Shown one piece after another: positions 24,901-34,556 of a stretch of DNA of 64,000 bases. Below the pieces are notes generated by a model that ran no database searches, was not told where the DNA came from, and saw only the letters and a list, made by a program, of their open reading frames with translations. The stretch covers positions 91,576,001-91,640,000 of the forward strand of contig NW_024704742.1 of NCBI RefSeq assembly GCF_018977255.1. Reading direction: 5' to 3'. Source of the stretch: Callorhinchus milii. Lineage: Eukaryota. Within the stretch, counting starts at the first letter, position 1. Every line of letters begins with the position of its first letter. A program made the position numbers and the translations under genes.

Positions 24901-27900
24901 CCCTTTGGGGTAGTGAGTTCCATACATTCTCCACCCTTTGAGTGAAGAAGTTCTTCCTCAACTCAGTGCGAAAGGGCTGGCCTCTGATTTTAAGGTTGTG
25001 ACCTCTGGTTTTAGTTTTTCCAACCAGGGGAAACAATCTCCCACTATCTACTCTATCATGCCCTTTGATGATCTTATAGGTTTCTGTAAGATCCCCTCTA
25101 ATTCTTCTATATTCTAGAGAATATAGGCCCTAATTGGTCAGCCTATCCTCGTAACTCATCCCCTTCAGCCCTGGTACTAACCGAGTAAATCTACGCTGCA
25201 CCCCTCCAAGGCAAGTACATCTTTCCTTAAATGAGAAGACCAAAGCTGGACACAGTATTCCAGGTGAGGTCTCACCAGGGCCCTATACAGTTGCAGCAAG
25301 ACTTCCCTACTCTTATACTCTAATCCTTTCATAATGAATGCTAACAAACCGTTCGCCTTCCTAATTGTTTGCTGCACCTGCAGACTAACTTTCTGTGACT
25401 GGTGTACAAGGACACCCAAGTCCCTCTGGACGCTAACACATTCCAATCTCTCCCCTTCTAAAAAATAATCCGCTCTACTGTTTTGCTACCTATGAACATG
25501 ATTCATAAATAGGAAGAAAATGATACTGTCTACTGGTGGATTTATTTTATTGACATTCAGATCCATTTTGCTATGTAGAATGCACTCCAATATTGTAATA
25601 ATATATAAACATTTATCTTCAAAAAGGAATGACATGTATAATGCACAGTCAATCCAACAACTAGTTGCATTTATATAGCATTCCAGAGCACTTAACAGTG
25701 TATCCTGTGGATCGCTATGAGATATCTTGATTTGATAAGGTTTTATAACAAATGCAAGGATTATTATTATTTATATGTGTAACCAAAAGCAAAATTTGTA
25801 AATGTAAATTTGTATTACATTGCTGTGCACAATCGGCTGCCGCGTTTCGCCCACAAATATAGTCAATTCACTTTACAGTATATTCTGTGAAGCCCTTTGA
25901 GACGTCTAGAAGATGTGAAAAGGGCTATATCAAATGCAAGGATTATTATTATTACATTTAATATTACGTAATGACTTGAATTACATTTTTACAATCAGGG
26001 AAATAGCAATTAGCACTGTGTGAACAGAATATAACGCTGCCAAGGAATTGCTTCAATACGTTAAACCTAATGTACTAGATAGTCTTCAATATAAATATTG
26101 TGATTATCACTACTCACTCTCGGCGTTCTGTGAAGATTATATCCATGCTCTGAGTTTCTCGATCATTTTGTGCTTTCAGCTAAAACACAAATTCACAAAA
26201 TAAGAATACTGCAGAAGCTGCTTTATGGTTGATGATGATGGTTAACTCTTGACATTGGGTAAATCGGACAAAGCACCCGGCCACGATTCATTTTTATTCT
26301 TACCCATTTCAAATATGCTGGTTAATTAGGACAAAAATCAAATTTCGGTTAATCCGGAAAAAATGGGAAGCCCACATGTGTCCATCTTAAGCGGTTTTCA
26401 CTGTACAATGACAGCTTCAGTAAAGTCCATATCCTATACAGAGGGTGAAAATTTAGATTTGTATGGCTCCTTATCACATTGAAGGACCAACCTGCCCCCT
26501 AACAACCTGCCTGCTTCCTCCGCTCAGCGGGCTCCAGCCTGCTTCACATCCCCCGCCTCGCTCGCCCCACCATTAACGGGCGGGCCTTCAGCTACTCTGC
26601 GCCCCACCCTCTTGAACTCAATCCTGCAGTCCCCTCATCTTGCCCCCTCCCTTGCCTCCTTCAAGACCCTCCTCGTCGACCAGGCCTTCGGTCACCCTCC
26701 TTCCCCCCATGCCCTCCATTCTCCCCAATCCTGATCCTCAGCTCAGGTCTGAAACACTGATTATCCAGCACTGTGGGACGTCCTCCCGAAGTAAAAGATG
26801 CTATACAAGTGTAATTTTGTTGTTGTTGATGAAATCTCTCCAGCTGTCCCAGCCGATAATTCCCCCAAAGAAAATTGGTGATTCATTTCAGAGGTGTTTA
26901 TAGGATATTGCTGTATGCAAATTGGCTGCCACGTGCACTTACAAAATACAGTCACTGTGCTTTACAGTAGATTCTCTGAAGCTCTTTGAGACATCCTCTC
27001 AACATGAAAGCCACTATATCAAATGCAAGGTTTGTTTTTCTGTCCTTTCCGGTCTGACTGTGCCACCCAACATCCTGAGGGCAACCGTTAAAATTTCCTC
27101 CCAGGTATCCAATAATGATACTTGACAATTAAACTTCTGGAGGTCCAGAGCTTTCCTTGAGGGTATTTTCTTTCTCTCTCCAATTAAGGAAGCACAAATA
27201 GTTCAAATGGGATCTGGAACTGAATGATCAGAAGCAACCTGAAGTTGCTTCCCACCATTGTGGCACTGACACAGGACAAAAGTTTCAGTTCCCCAAAATA
27301 AAAATGAGTCATTTATTACATGTGAAATATTGCTGTCCACAAATTAGCTGCTGCATTCACCTACAAATAAATGGTGAATTCACTTTGCAACATTTACTCG
27401 TGGCATTTGGGAGACGTTTTGACATTAATAGACACTGTATTAAATGCAAGGATCATTATATTATTGCTACTACTATTAGTATTGGAGGAACTTATTGCAT
27501 GGAACAGGTAATTATGTTAATTTAGCCAAACTAAATATGATAAAAAAACTTTCATTTTATTTGTCATTATAATACTTACAATGTTAAAGTCATTCATAAC
27601 TTCCTCCATATCTGTATTTGTGTTCAGTTTATCCACCAGCTAAAGACATATCATAGAATAAATTGAGAAAACATAAAATACAGATTATATCATTATTTGA
27701 CGAGTTTTTAAAAATATCTGCTTTGTTAATTTATTGAGTTTTACTTTGAACCACATTTAAAATGTTTATAATTGAGCAGAAAAAGCACAAACTATTGTGC
27801 CTCTTCCACAAAAATACAAGTCACTTACAAAAACAAATCAACAATATCCAACGCACCATATTGTAGTCTGCTAGCTGCCCCTGGAAGTCTTTAATTTCTA

Positions 27901-29738
27901 CAGCCAATGCTTCAGCTCTGTGGCAAATGATTAAGAATGTCAATGAAGATGTACAGAATAAAGTATTTAAAACATGAGAATTTGAATACTCTCAGGACTG
28001 AGAACTTACCTCTTTTCATAAGATAAATAGACAGAATTTTCTTGATTAAACATATCGATTTCCTTTTGTAGCTTGCTAACTTCTGTAGTAAGTTCATTTA
28101 TTTTGGCTCTGTATGAAAAAGATTCACAAAATATTAACATCATAATCTTACACAATCCTGTTTTTCCTACCTTCAAGTTAATAAAAAGTTACTCCTCCCT
28201 CCACAGGCTGCAGATCATCCAGAACTCTGTAACCCATGTCCTATCCCCAGCACCAGGTTCTGCGATCCCATCACTCAGAGGATACAGTTCAAGATCCTGG
28301 TCCTCAACTTCAAAGCCCTCCACGGCCTTGCTCCTCCCTAACTCTGTAAACCTATCCTCTCCCTCCAAACAGCGGGCTCCAGCTTGCTTCACGACCCCCA
28401 CCTTGCCCGCCCTACCATTGGTGGATGGGCCTTCAGTCTCTCTGCCCCAACCTCTGGAACTCCATCCCACAGTCCCTCCGCCTTGCCCCCTCCCTTGCCT
28501 TCAAGGCACGTCTCAAGACTCTCCTCTTTGACCATGCCTTTGGCCATCTACCTATCCCTAACTTCCCTGCCCTCCACCCCTTCTGATCCCAACCACCAGC
28601 TCGGGTGCAGATCCCTGACTGTCCAGCGCCTTGGGACATCCTCCTGACGTGAAAGGCACTTTATAAATGTAATTTGTTGTTGTTGTCACAACTGCTAATT
28701 CTGGGAACTCATCCCTCTACCTCCTTGGTCTCACCTCATCTCCATCTGTCTTTAAATCCTGCCTCAAAACATACCTTTTTGACCACACCTATGGTCACCT
28801 CTCCCCTCCCCCCCTTTCTCAGCTTCCCTAACCCATTTTAGTAAAGTACTCCGAGACTTTAACTTACATGAAGTTCGCTGTAAATAAATGTAAGTTGTTG
28901 TATATCGATTAAGTAGTCTGACACATGCTGAGTTTTACGATTGAAATAAACATTCTATACTAATCACACAGGTCCATCAAAACAAAAACATCTCGACACT
29001 GACCTAAGGAGTCCAAGAAAATAGGATTTGTCCAGGATCTGACGTTGTGGACCTATAAAGACAATTTAAAAATAAAAACACATATTCCTGTTGTAAATTA
29101 TAATTCAATCCTGCATTGTCCAATTAAAAATATAAACAAGACTTTTCACATTTTCAAAACACATTTGACCAAATAATTTGACCGTATGAATTTAAAAATG
29201 GAGAAAAGTTTACATACCTTTCATTCCAGTTTTCATTCCGCTCAAACCTTGCTGTGTTACAGGGCGATCGGCAACTTTGATCTGAGCAGAGAGCAGTCCT
29301 CCAGGCATTAGCCCCCCACTACGGGTTCCAGGTCTAGATGTTCCAGGAGTCATCTAAAGAGACAGAGCTTACTCGTTGAAAGGGCACAAGTATAAGTAAC
29401 AATTTCCAGACAAACACAATTCTAATGTATATAGCACTCCTTCACTTTTTCTTGCTTCAGGCCCATTTCCAATTTTGTAACTTTGCAAATTCTGATTTCT
29501 AAAAAAAATTATAACACGGACAAATTCTGAAACTACATTAATCTCCTCTTACTTTTTTGTTTGTCAGCCAGATACCTGACATACTAAGATTCTATCAAAT
29601 AACTGTACATACCGCAGTTCCCATCCTCACAGCAGTTGATGGAGCTCGAAGAGCAGTTGAAGGAGGTCTTCCAGTAGGTCCCAAATTGGCTTTGGCCACT
29701 GATCGACTTGCTGAAGCTGGCCTTTGACCACTCGCCAT
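3849..29738 (-). CDS. IFT74: Intraflagellar transport protein 74 (IFT-B). Spliced CDS of 15 exons in window, 3'-incomplete (continues left of window)
   Basis: Joined exons translate [13 protein letters not shown]...[11 protein letters not shown]...[46 protein letters not shown]...[20 protein letters not shown]...[22 protein letters not shown], matching vertebrate IFT74. All introns are GT-AG with consistent phase. Confidence 0.97.
5221..5318 (-). CDS. IFT74: IFT74 coding exon 14
   Basis: 98 nt, [33 protein letters not shown]. Confidence 0.95.
5455..5722 (+). mobile_element. Old tRNA-SINE-like repeat of a different family
   Basis: Perfect B-box GGTTCGAATCC 5470-5480, followed by a body unrelated to the young SINE. 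Confidence 0.45.
5805..6580 (+). mobile_element. Decayed CR1 LINE 3' fragment
   Basis: [17 protein letters not shown] (CR1 [17 protein letters not shown]) and RGDL motifs. Confidence 0.8.
7814..7867 (-). CDS. IFT74: IFT74 coding exon 13
   Basis: 54 nt, [18 protein letters not shown]. Confidence 0.95.
9827..9906 (-). CDS. IFT74: IFT74 coding exon 12
   Basis: 80 nt, [26 protein letters not shown]. Confidence 0.95.
10029..10069 (-). CDS. IFT74: IFT74 coding exon 11
   Basis: 41 nt, [14 protein letters not shown]. Confidence 0.95.
10115..10660 (+). mobile_element. L2 LINE ORF2 C-terminal fragment
   Basis: [10 protein letters not shown]...QNSAA...LHWLP motifs. Confidence 0.9.
11108..11251 (-). 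CDS. IFT74: IFT74 coding exon 10
   Basis: 144 nt, [51 protein letters not shown] acceptor. Confidence 0.95.
12621..12683 (-). CDS. IFT74: IFT74 coding exon 9
   Basis: 63 nt, [21 protein letters not shown]. Confidence 0.95.
13191..15680 (-). mobile_element. L2 LINE, decayed and internally deleted, with endonuclease and RT remnants and a (TTG)n tail; interrupted by a SINE
   Basis: ETALVKVT and GVPQGS motifs; rc ILALTETWI endonuclease motif near 15.6 kb; 3' stem-loop at 13.2 kb. Confidence 0.9.
13417..13727 (-). mobile_element. Young tRNA-SINE, short subfamily, inserted in L2
   Basis: Full head to tail; AGGAT at 13412-13416 and 13736-13740. Confidence 0.9.
16056..16194 (-). CDS. IFT74: IFT74 coding exon 8
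   Basis: 139 nt, [46 protein letters not shown] (inside ORF 16038..16307). Confidence 0.95.
17231..17496. mobile_element. hAT (Charlie-like) MITE carrying an inserted SINE 3' fragment (~17352-17440)
   Basis: TIRs GTGGTGGCCAACCT / AGGTTGACTACCACTG; 8-bp TSD-like GTGTAGAC / CTGTAGAA; palindromic core. Confidence 0.55.
18177..18500 (-). mobile_element. CR1 LINE 3' end
   Basis: CATAGAATCATAGAAT tail followed by GGAGGCCATTCAGCCC, the rc of a CR1 3' hairpin. Confidence 0.75.
18775..18904 (+). promoter_or_regulatory. Candidate LRRC19 promoter and non-coding first exon
   Basis: HNF1-like GTTAATATTTAGC 18775-18787, CCAAT ~18795, HNF4/DR1-like GGAACAAAGGTCA 18809-18821, donor CAG|GTATGA at 18904. 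Confidence 0.45.
19789..20115 (+). mobile_element. Young tRNA-SINE, short subfamily
   Basis: Near-identical to the copies at 31.8, 46.9 and 57.2 kb. Confidence 0.9.
20423..20515 (+). CDS. LRRC19: LRRC19 first coding exon (signal peptide; exon starts at 20414)
   Basis: [31 protein letters not shown]; acceptor TTTTAACAG, donor GTAAGT, phase 0. Confidence 0.85.
20423..23866 (+). CDS. LRRC19: Leucine-rich repeat-containing protein 19, type I membrane LRR protein, 340 aa; join(20423..20515,21851..22217,22404..22628,23529..23866)
   Basis: Signal peptide, LRRs, [13 protein letters not shown], Ser/Thr stalk, GKSW-led TM helix, KCxxWYxxLxxYxHHxL juxtamembrane motif, [12 protein letters not shown] tail. 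Nested antisense in IFT74 as in mammals. 1023 nt in frame. Confidence 0.93.
21030..21478 (+). mobile_element. L2 3' fragment in LRRC19 intron
   Basis: GGRAF...LWNSIP...FKTHL motifs; stem-loop and (TTG)n tail. Confidence 0.85.
21851..22217 (+). CDS. LRRC19: LRRC19 LRR exon
   Basis: [29 protein letters not shown]...[31 protein letters not shown]; polypyrimidine-CAG acceptor, GTAAG donor. Confidence 0.95.
22404..22628 (+). CDS. LRRC19: LRRC19 LRRCT/stalk exon
   Basis: [19 protein letters not shown]...ECFS...S/T-rich stalk; phase 1-1. Confidence 0.9.
23529..23866 (+). CDS. LRRC19: LRRC19 TM and cytoplasmic exon
   Basis: [47 protein letters not shown]...[21 protein letters not shown]. Confidence 0.95.
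24707..25490 (-). mobile_element. CR1 LINE 3' fragment, fairly young
   Basis: QRDLGVLV...[18 protein letters not shown] and TRGHNLKI...[14 protein letters not shown]. Confidence 0.93.
26118..26179 (-). CDS. IFT74: IFT74 coding exon 7
   Basis: 62 nt, [20 protein letters not shown]; donor GTGAGT. Confidence 0.96.
27580..27639 (-). CDS. IFT74: IFT74 coding exon 6
   Basis: 60 nt, [20 protein letters not shown]. Confidence 0.96.
27857..27917 (-). CDS. IFT74: IFT74 coding exon 5
   Basis: 61 nt, [20 protein letters not shown]; preceded by a 92-nt intron. Confidence 0.96.
28010..28108 (-). CDS. IFT74: IFT74 coding exon 4
   Basis: 99 nt, [33 protein letters not shown]. Confidence 0.96.
28190..28686 (+). 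mobile_element. L2 3' fragment
   Basis: [10 protein letters not shown] motif; L2 tail. Confidence 0.85.
29004..29052 (-). CDS. IFT74: IFT74 coding exon 3
   Basis: 49 nt, [17 protein letters not shown]. Confidence 0.96.
29218..29353 (-). CDS. IFT74: IFT74 coding exon 2
   Basis: 136 nt, [49 protein letters not shown] flanks. Confidence 0.96.
29613..29738 (-). CDS. IFT74: IFT74 first coding exon (ATG at 29738; exon acceptor boundary at 29778)
   Basis: 126 nt, [42 protein letters not shown]; donor GTATGT. Confidence 0.93.
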
Positions 29739-29822
29739 GCTTTCGTATATTAAATGTAATATTTTGTATCTTAAAGGTCTATAACCAAAAATGAAAATGG
29801 TTACTTAAACTAATAAGTTTAA

Positions 29823-30004
29823 GTGGAGTCCTGTAGCTCAGTGGTTAGAGCACTAACCTTGGGCAAATTTCCTTACTCCACACGCCTGATAATAATCTCT
29901 CAAGAAAAAAAATAATTTGGTCACTTCAATCCGTGACTGTTTGTGGACACATCTGTGTGCAATTTCCTGCGCGTGTCATCCACAAATATACCGTCATTCA
30001 CTTT
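29823..30004 (+). mobile_element. tRNA-SINE with internal head deletion, 3'-truncated where the L2 begins
   Basis: GTGGAGTCCTGTAGCTCAGTGGTTAGAGCACT joined directly to AACCTTGGGCAA. Confidence 0.8.
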
Positions 30005-31222
30005 GCCCACCACGGGGGCCAACCTCTCCTCCCTGATCCACATCCCTATTCTTCCTCCCCCACCTCGCCCCCCACTTTCCGCTACCAACTGTCCCCTCCG
30101 CATCGGTCTACAAAACGTCTGTTTCCTCTCCAACACAACACTCACCATCCAAGACCTCACTGTCGATGAACACATCAACATTCTCGCCCTCACTGAAACC
30201 TGGATCACTCCAGGCGACATCTTCCCCGATAGAGGCCACACCACCCAACTACACGTTCCATCACACCCCACGACTTAACCGCTCAACTCTACCGCTCGAC
30301 CTCCACCTTCGACTCCAGGACCACTGTTGTCCTGACAGAATGTCTGTCAGACATCAAGTCCTGGATGAGAGCTAACTTTCTTCAGTTTGAAAACCAACAA
30401 GACCGAGGCTCTTTTGATCTGCTCCCATCAGTGCCTCCACACCTCAGCATGACCGTCCAGGGATGCACACTCCACCTTACTAAGCCAGTCTGGAACCTTG
30501 GACCCTCAACTATCCTTTCTACCCCACATCTGCGCCATGACCCGCTCTGCCTTCCCCCACCTCCGCAGGGTCACCCTGCTCCACCACTGTCTCACACCGC
30601 AGGCCGCCAAAACCCTCATACGTGCATTCATTACATTGAGGCTCGACTATGCAAACTCCCTGCTTGTCGGTCTCCCCAACTCCTCCCTCCATAGGCTGCA
30701 GATCATCCAGAACTCTGCAGCCTGTGTCCTCTCCCCCACCAGGCTCCATGTCCCTATCACCCCCATCCTCGCCCGACTCCACCGGCTTCCCCTCACACAG
30801 AGGATACAGTTCACGATCCTGGTCCTCACCTTCAAAGCCCTCCACAGACTTGCTCCCCCCAACCTCTGCGGCTTTCTAACCCCCCACCATTCTGCCCGTT
30901 CCCTCCGCTCAGTGGGCTCCAACCTGCTTCACATTCCCCGCCTCACCCACCACAGCGTTGGCGCGCGGGCCTTCTGCCACTCTGCTCCCACCCTCTGGAA
31001 CTCCATCCCGCAGTCCCTCAGCCTCGCCCCCTCCCTTACCTCCTTCAAGGCCCATCTCAGGACCCTCCTCTTCGACCGTGCGCTCGATCGCCCTCCTTCC
31101 CCCTCTGCCCTCCACCCTCCCCAGTCCCGACCCCCAGCTCGGTCCGAAACACTGACTGTCCAGTGCCTTGGGACGTCCTCCCGATGTGAACCGCCCTATT
31201 CAAATGTAATGTCGTCGTCGTC
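30005..31222 (+). mobile_element. Internally deleted L2 (endonuclease N-terminus joined to ORF2 C-terminus)
   Basis: IGLQNV...ILALTETWI (ORF 29943..30278), then RANFLQ and the 254-aa ORF 30498..31262 with RLDYANSLL and LWNSIP. Confidence 0.9.
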
Positions 31223-31433
31223 GTGCATTGATCGAGCGTCACCGTCTACGGTCTGTAGTTGACACAGTGTCGGGGTCGCCGCTTATTGTGTGTAAAGACA
31301 TCTAATCGATGCTGTACACACGGTATATATCATCATACACACGGCAGTCAGTCAGGCAGTCAGTCCCGGGTCCGCGGTCAGTCACCGCGGTGTTACACAC
31401 ACCGGGTCAGCGCGGGCCCTCTCGCTGGTCGCC

Positions 31434-31447
31434 GTCTCCACAGCAAC
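31434..31447. promoter_or_regulatory. RFX X-box
   Basis: GTCTCCACAGCAAC (rc GTTGCTGTGGAGAC) in the promoter of a ciliary gene. Confidence 0.75.
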
Positions 31448-31480
31448 CGCCCGTGGGGGGGGAGGGAGGGGCCTGCGGGA

Positions 31481-31549
31481 TATCGCGAGATTACGGTTCT
31501 CGCGCGCGGGGCGGGAGCGGAGGGGGAGGGGGAATCTCGTGTGACGTCA
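31481..31549. promoter_or_regulatory. BANP-type CGCG motif, GC box and full CRE
   Basis: TATCGCGAGA 31481-31490; GGGGCGGGAG ~31508-31516; TGACGTCA 31542-31549. Confidence 0.6.
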
Positions 31550-31822
31550 ACCCCTCCGCCCCTCCCCCCACCACCGCGCGCGGATCGTTCCGAACCCGAA
31601 GCGCGGCGCACGCGCAGCTCCTTCCTCTGACTCTGGCAGGGTTTTGGGTATCTCAGTGCAATGGGGGTGGGGGGGGGGAGGGGGGGGAATGCTTCCCCCT
31701 GTGGGTGTGGCTCAATGCAATTATCGAAGTGTTGCTGGGCAGAGGGGGGAGTGTGGCTCAGTGCAATAAGTGAATGGGCCCAACAAGGGAAGGGATGTAA
31801 ATTGTTGCATGGTCTGCAAGAT

Positions 31823-32156
31823 AATAAAAATAATAATAATAATAATAATCTTTGCATTTGATATAGCGCTTTTCACGTCGGGAGGACGTCCCAAAGCGCT
31901 TCACAGAACACACTGTAAAGTGAATTGACTGTATATTTGTGGGCGAACGCGGCAGCCAATTGCGCACAGCAATGTCCCACAAACAGTCGTGGATTGAAAA
32001 TGACCAATTTATTATTGTTTTTGGTTTTGGAGCGATTATTATTAGGGCTGTGTGTGGAGTAAGGAAACTTGCCCAAGGTTTCACCCTCTGCCTGGAATTG
32101 AACTCAGGTCTCTCATTTGCAAAGCGAGTGCTCTAACCACTGAGCTACAGGACTCC
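31823..32156 (-). mobile_element. Young tRNA-SINE, short subfamily
   Basis: Full length; AAGAT direct repeats at 31818-31822 and 32157-32161. Confidence 0.92.
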
Positions 32157-32854
32157 AAGATGAGCAGAGCATTTTGTGTATTCCTTGTATTTGAAGCTGG
32201 CAATTTCGCTGCTTACAGGCAAGCGGCGCAGCCGATTTGCTCACCGGAATGAAAATCCGAATTCTTATTCTTACAAAGATGCTATGTTCCCCCTTGCTCC
32301 GGGCCCTTCAAATTCTTTGAATGTGTGTTCCTTGTGTTCTGCTCACACCCCAACTCCTCCACCCGCTGCCTCTGCTCAGCTGTCTTGGGTCTTCTGTAAA
32401 TCCCTGGTTCCATCCGCTCTACAATTGGTCCTGTTTTCAGTCATTTTGCCGGTATCTCTGGAACTTTTTGTTTCAATCCTTCCATCTTGTCCACTCTTTC
32501 CCCATCTCCAAATCACATCTGAAGACTTTCCTCTTCGGCAGTGTCATCGGTCACCTCCCCCTACCCCACCGCTCTTTTCGGCTTGGCATTAAGCCACGCC
32601 ACTGTTAATCGCTCCATGACTCTACATACATGGAGGGTGCTATGTAAATGCACATTGCTCTTTTTGTCATGTTAATAGTCCTAACAGCATACCCACTTCC
32701 CTGCTCTGATGAACTCCTGCGCTGCTTGTTGTCTCATTGGGAAAGTTAAATTTATTCCACTGATAAAGTCAGTTTGGTACATAACTCATTCCTTCTTAAT
32801 GAAGTATTTAGGAACAGTAATTTTCTACACTTTGATCATGCTGATCTCTTTCTA

Positions 32855-33376
32855 AACAGCAACAAAATTATATTTGTATAGTGCCTTTCATATCGGGAGG
32901 ACGTCCCAAGGCACCGGACAGTCAGTGTTGGGGACGGAATTGGGGAGAGTGGAGGGCAGAGGGGGAAGGAGGGTGATCGAAGGCACGGTCGAAGAGCAGA
33001 TGGGTTTTGAAGAAGGCAAGGGAGGGGTAGAGGTGGAGGGACTGCGGGATGGAGTTCCAGAGGATGGTGGCAGAGTGACTGAAGGCCCGCATGCCAATGG
33101 TGGAGCGGACGAGGCAGGGGACGTGAAACAGACCGGAGCCTGCTGAGCAGAGGGAGTGTGCAGGTTGATAGGGAGGAGCAAGGCCATGGAGGGCTTTGAA
33201 GGTGAGGACCAGCATCTTGAATCTTGAACCCCAGCTCTTTAGGATGTCCTCCCAACGTGAAAGGCGCTCTATAAATATAATTTTGTTGTTGTTGAATTGT
33301 GATGGGAAGCCAGTGGAGTCAGACGAGGATGGAGGTGATAGGGTCGTGGAGCCTGATGCAGGAGAGGACAAGGGCT
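32855..33376 (-). mobile_element. L2 3' fragment containing an opposite-strand ~65-bp L2 tip (~33230-33294)
   Basis: ORF 32922..33371 [16 protein letters not shown]. Confidence 0.85.
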
Positions 33377-33802
33377 AAGGATCACACGATTCAGGAATGC
33401 TGTGGTTCCATCTGAAGCTTCAGGCATTAGGTATGCTGAGATGTGATCCTGGAGCAGAATTTCAATCCAGAAGTGGAAAAGAATTTAAATCAAGCAATAA
33501 TCTCTTATGCCCCCTATCAGATGCCAAACGTTGACATCAGGCCATGTTTTGCATAGGGATTCTCTCTGATTGTTTCAATGCGTTTCTGAATTGGGTGAAG
33601 ATTGACATCCCGGATGCATTACTGAATGACATGGATCATATATCTATCTGATCACACAACAATCACAGTATCAGCGTTATATTCTCACAAAAATGAATGC
33701 TGCACAACACCTTCAAAGGTGGTTGATTCAGCACACATACTGCCAGCAGAGTTCACCGTTCTTTAGGCGGCTGCTTGGAATCTGCTGTTTGAATGTTCCC
33801 TT

Positions 33803-34556
33803 AACAACAACAACAACAACAAGATTCCATTTATAAAGCGCCTTTCCCGTCAGGAGGACGTCCCAAGGCGCTGCACAGTTGGGTCAGGACCCGAGCAGGG
33901 GGGAAATGGTCAGGGTGAGGGGAGGGAAGGGAGGGAGCGAGGAGGAGGAAGAGAGTCGAGAGGGGAGCTGAAGACACGGTCAAAGAGAAAGGTCTTGAGA
34001 CCGGCCTTGAAGGAGGAAAGGGAGGAGGCGGCGAAGGCACTGGGGGATGGAGTTCCAGAGCCTGGGGGCTGAGAGGCTGAAGGCCCGACCACCGATGGTA
34101 GGGCGGTTGGGGCGGGGGATGTGGAGCAAACCGGAGCCAGAGGAACGGAGGGTACGGGCAGGTAGGTAGGGGGATAGTAGGTCGGAGAGGTAGGAGGGAG
34201 CAAGGCCGTGAATGGCCTTGTAGGTGAGGATGAGGATCTTGAATTCAATCCTCTGGGGGATGGGGAGCCAGTGGAGGCGAGCGAAGGTGGGAGTGATGTG
34301 GTCCCGAAGCCTGGTGCGGGACAGTACACGAGCTGCAGAGTTCTGAATGACCTGCAGCTTGTGGAGGGAGGGGCCGGGAAGGCCGACGAGGAGAGAGTTC
34401 CCATAGTCCAGCCTTGAGGTGACAAAGGCGTGGACCAGAGTTTCAGCAGCGTGAGGGGTGAGGTAATGCCGTAGTCTGGAGATGTTCCGGAGGTGATGGA
34501 AGGCGGTGCCAGTTGTGGTGCGGATGTGAGGGAGAAAGGACAGCCCAGGGTCGAAT
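33803..34556 (-). mobile_element. L2 3' fragment, second subfamily (closely related copy on + at ~44235-44586)
   Basis: (CAA)n tail, stem-loop, [14 protein letters not shown]. Confidence 0.88.

Larger units (their letters stand above)
31200..31620 (-). promoter_or_regulatory. CpG-island promoter and probable non-coding first exon of IFT74
   Basis: Only CpG-dense non-repeat stretch in the window, about 1.5 kb upstream of the first coding exon. Candidate minus-strand donors near 31385 (GTGACT) and 31402 (GTGTGT); exact exon limits uncertain. Confidence 0.85.

Noticed and set aside
26255..26406. Tigger-like right end (CTTAAGCGGTTTTCACTG-TA)
   Set aside because: No matching left TIR found; too fragmentary to call
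30498..31262. Longest ORF (254 aa) as a host gene
   Set aside because: It is the L2 ORF2 C-terminus, repeated many times in the window and lacking the RT core
31259..31857. Overlapping 123-154 aa ORFs at the CpG island
   Set aside because: Stop-codon scarcity in GC-rich DNA; one starts in a SINE tail; no recognisable protein
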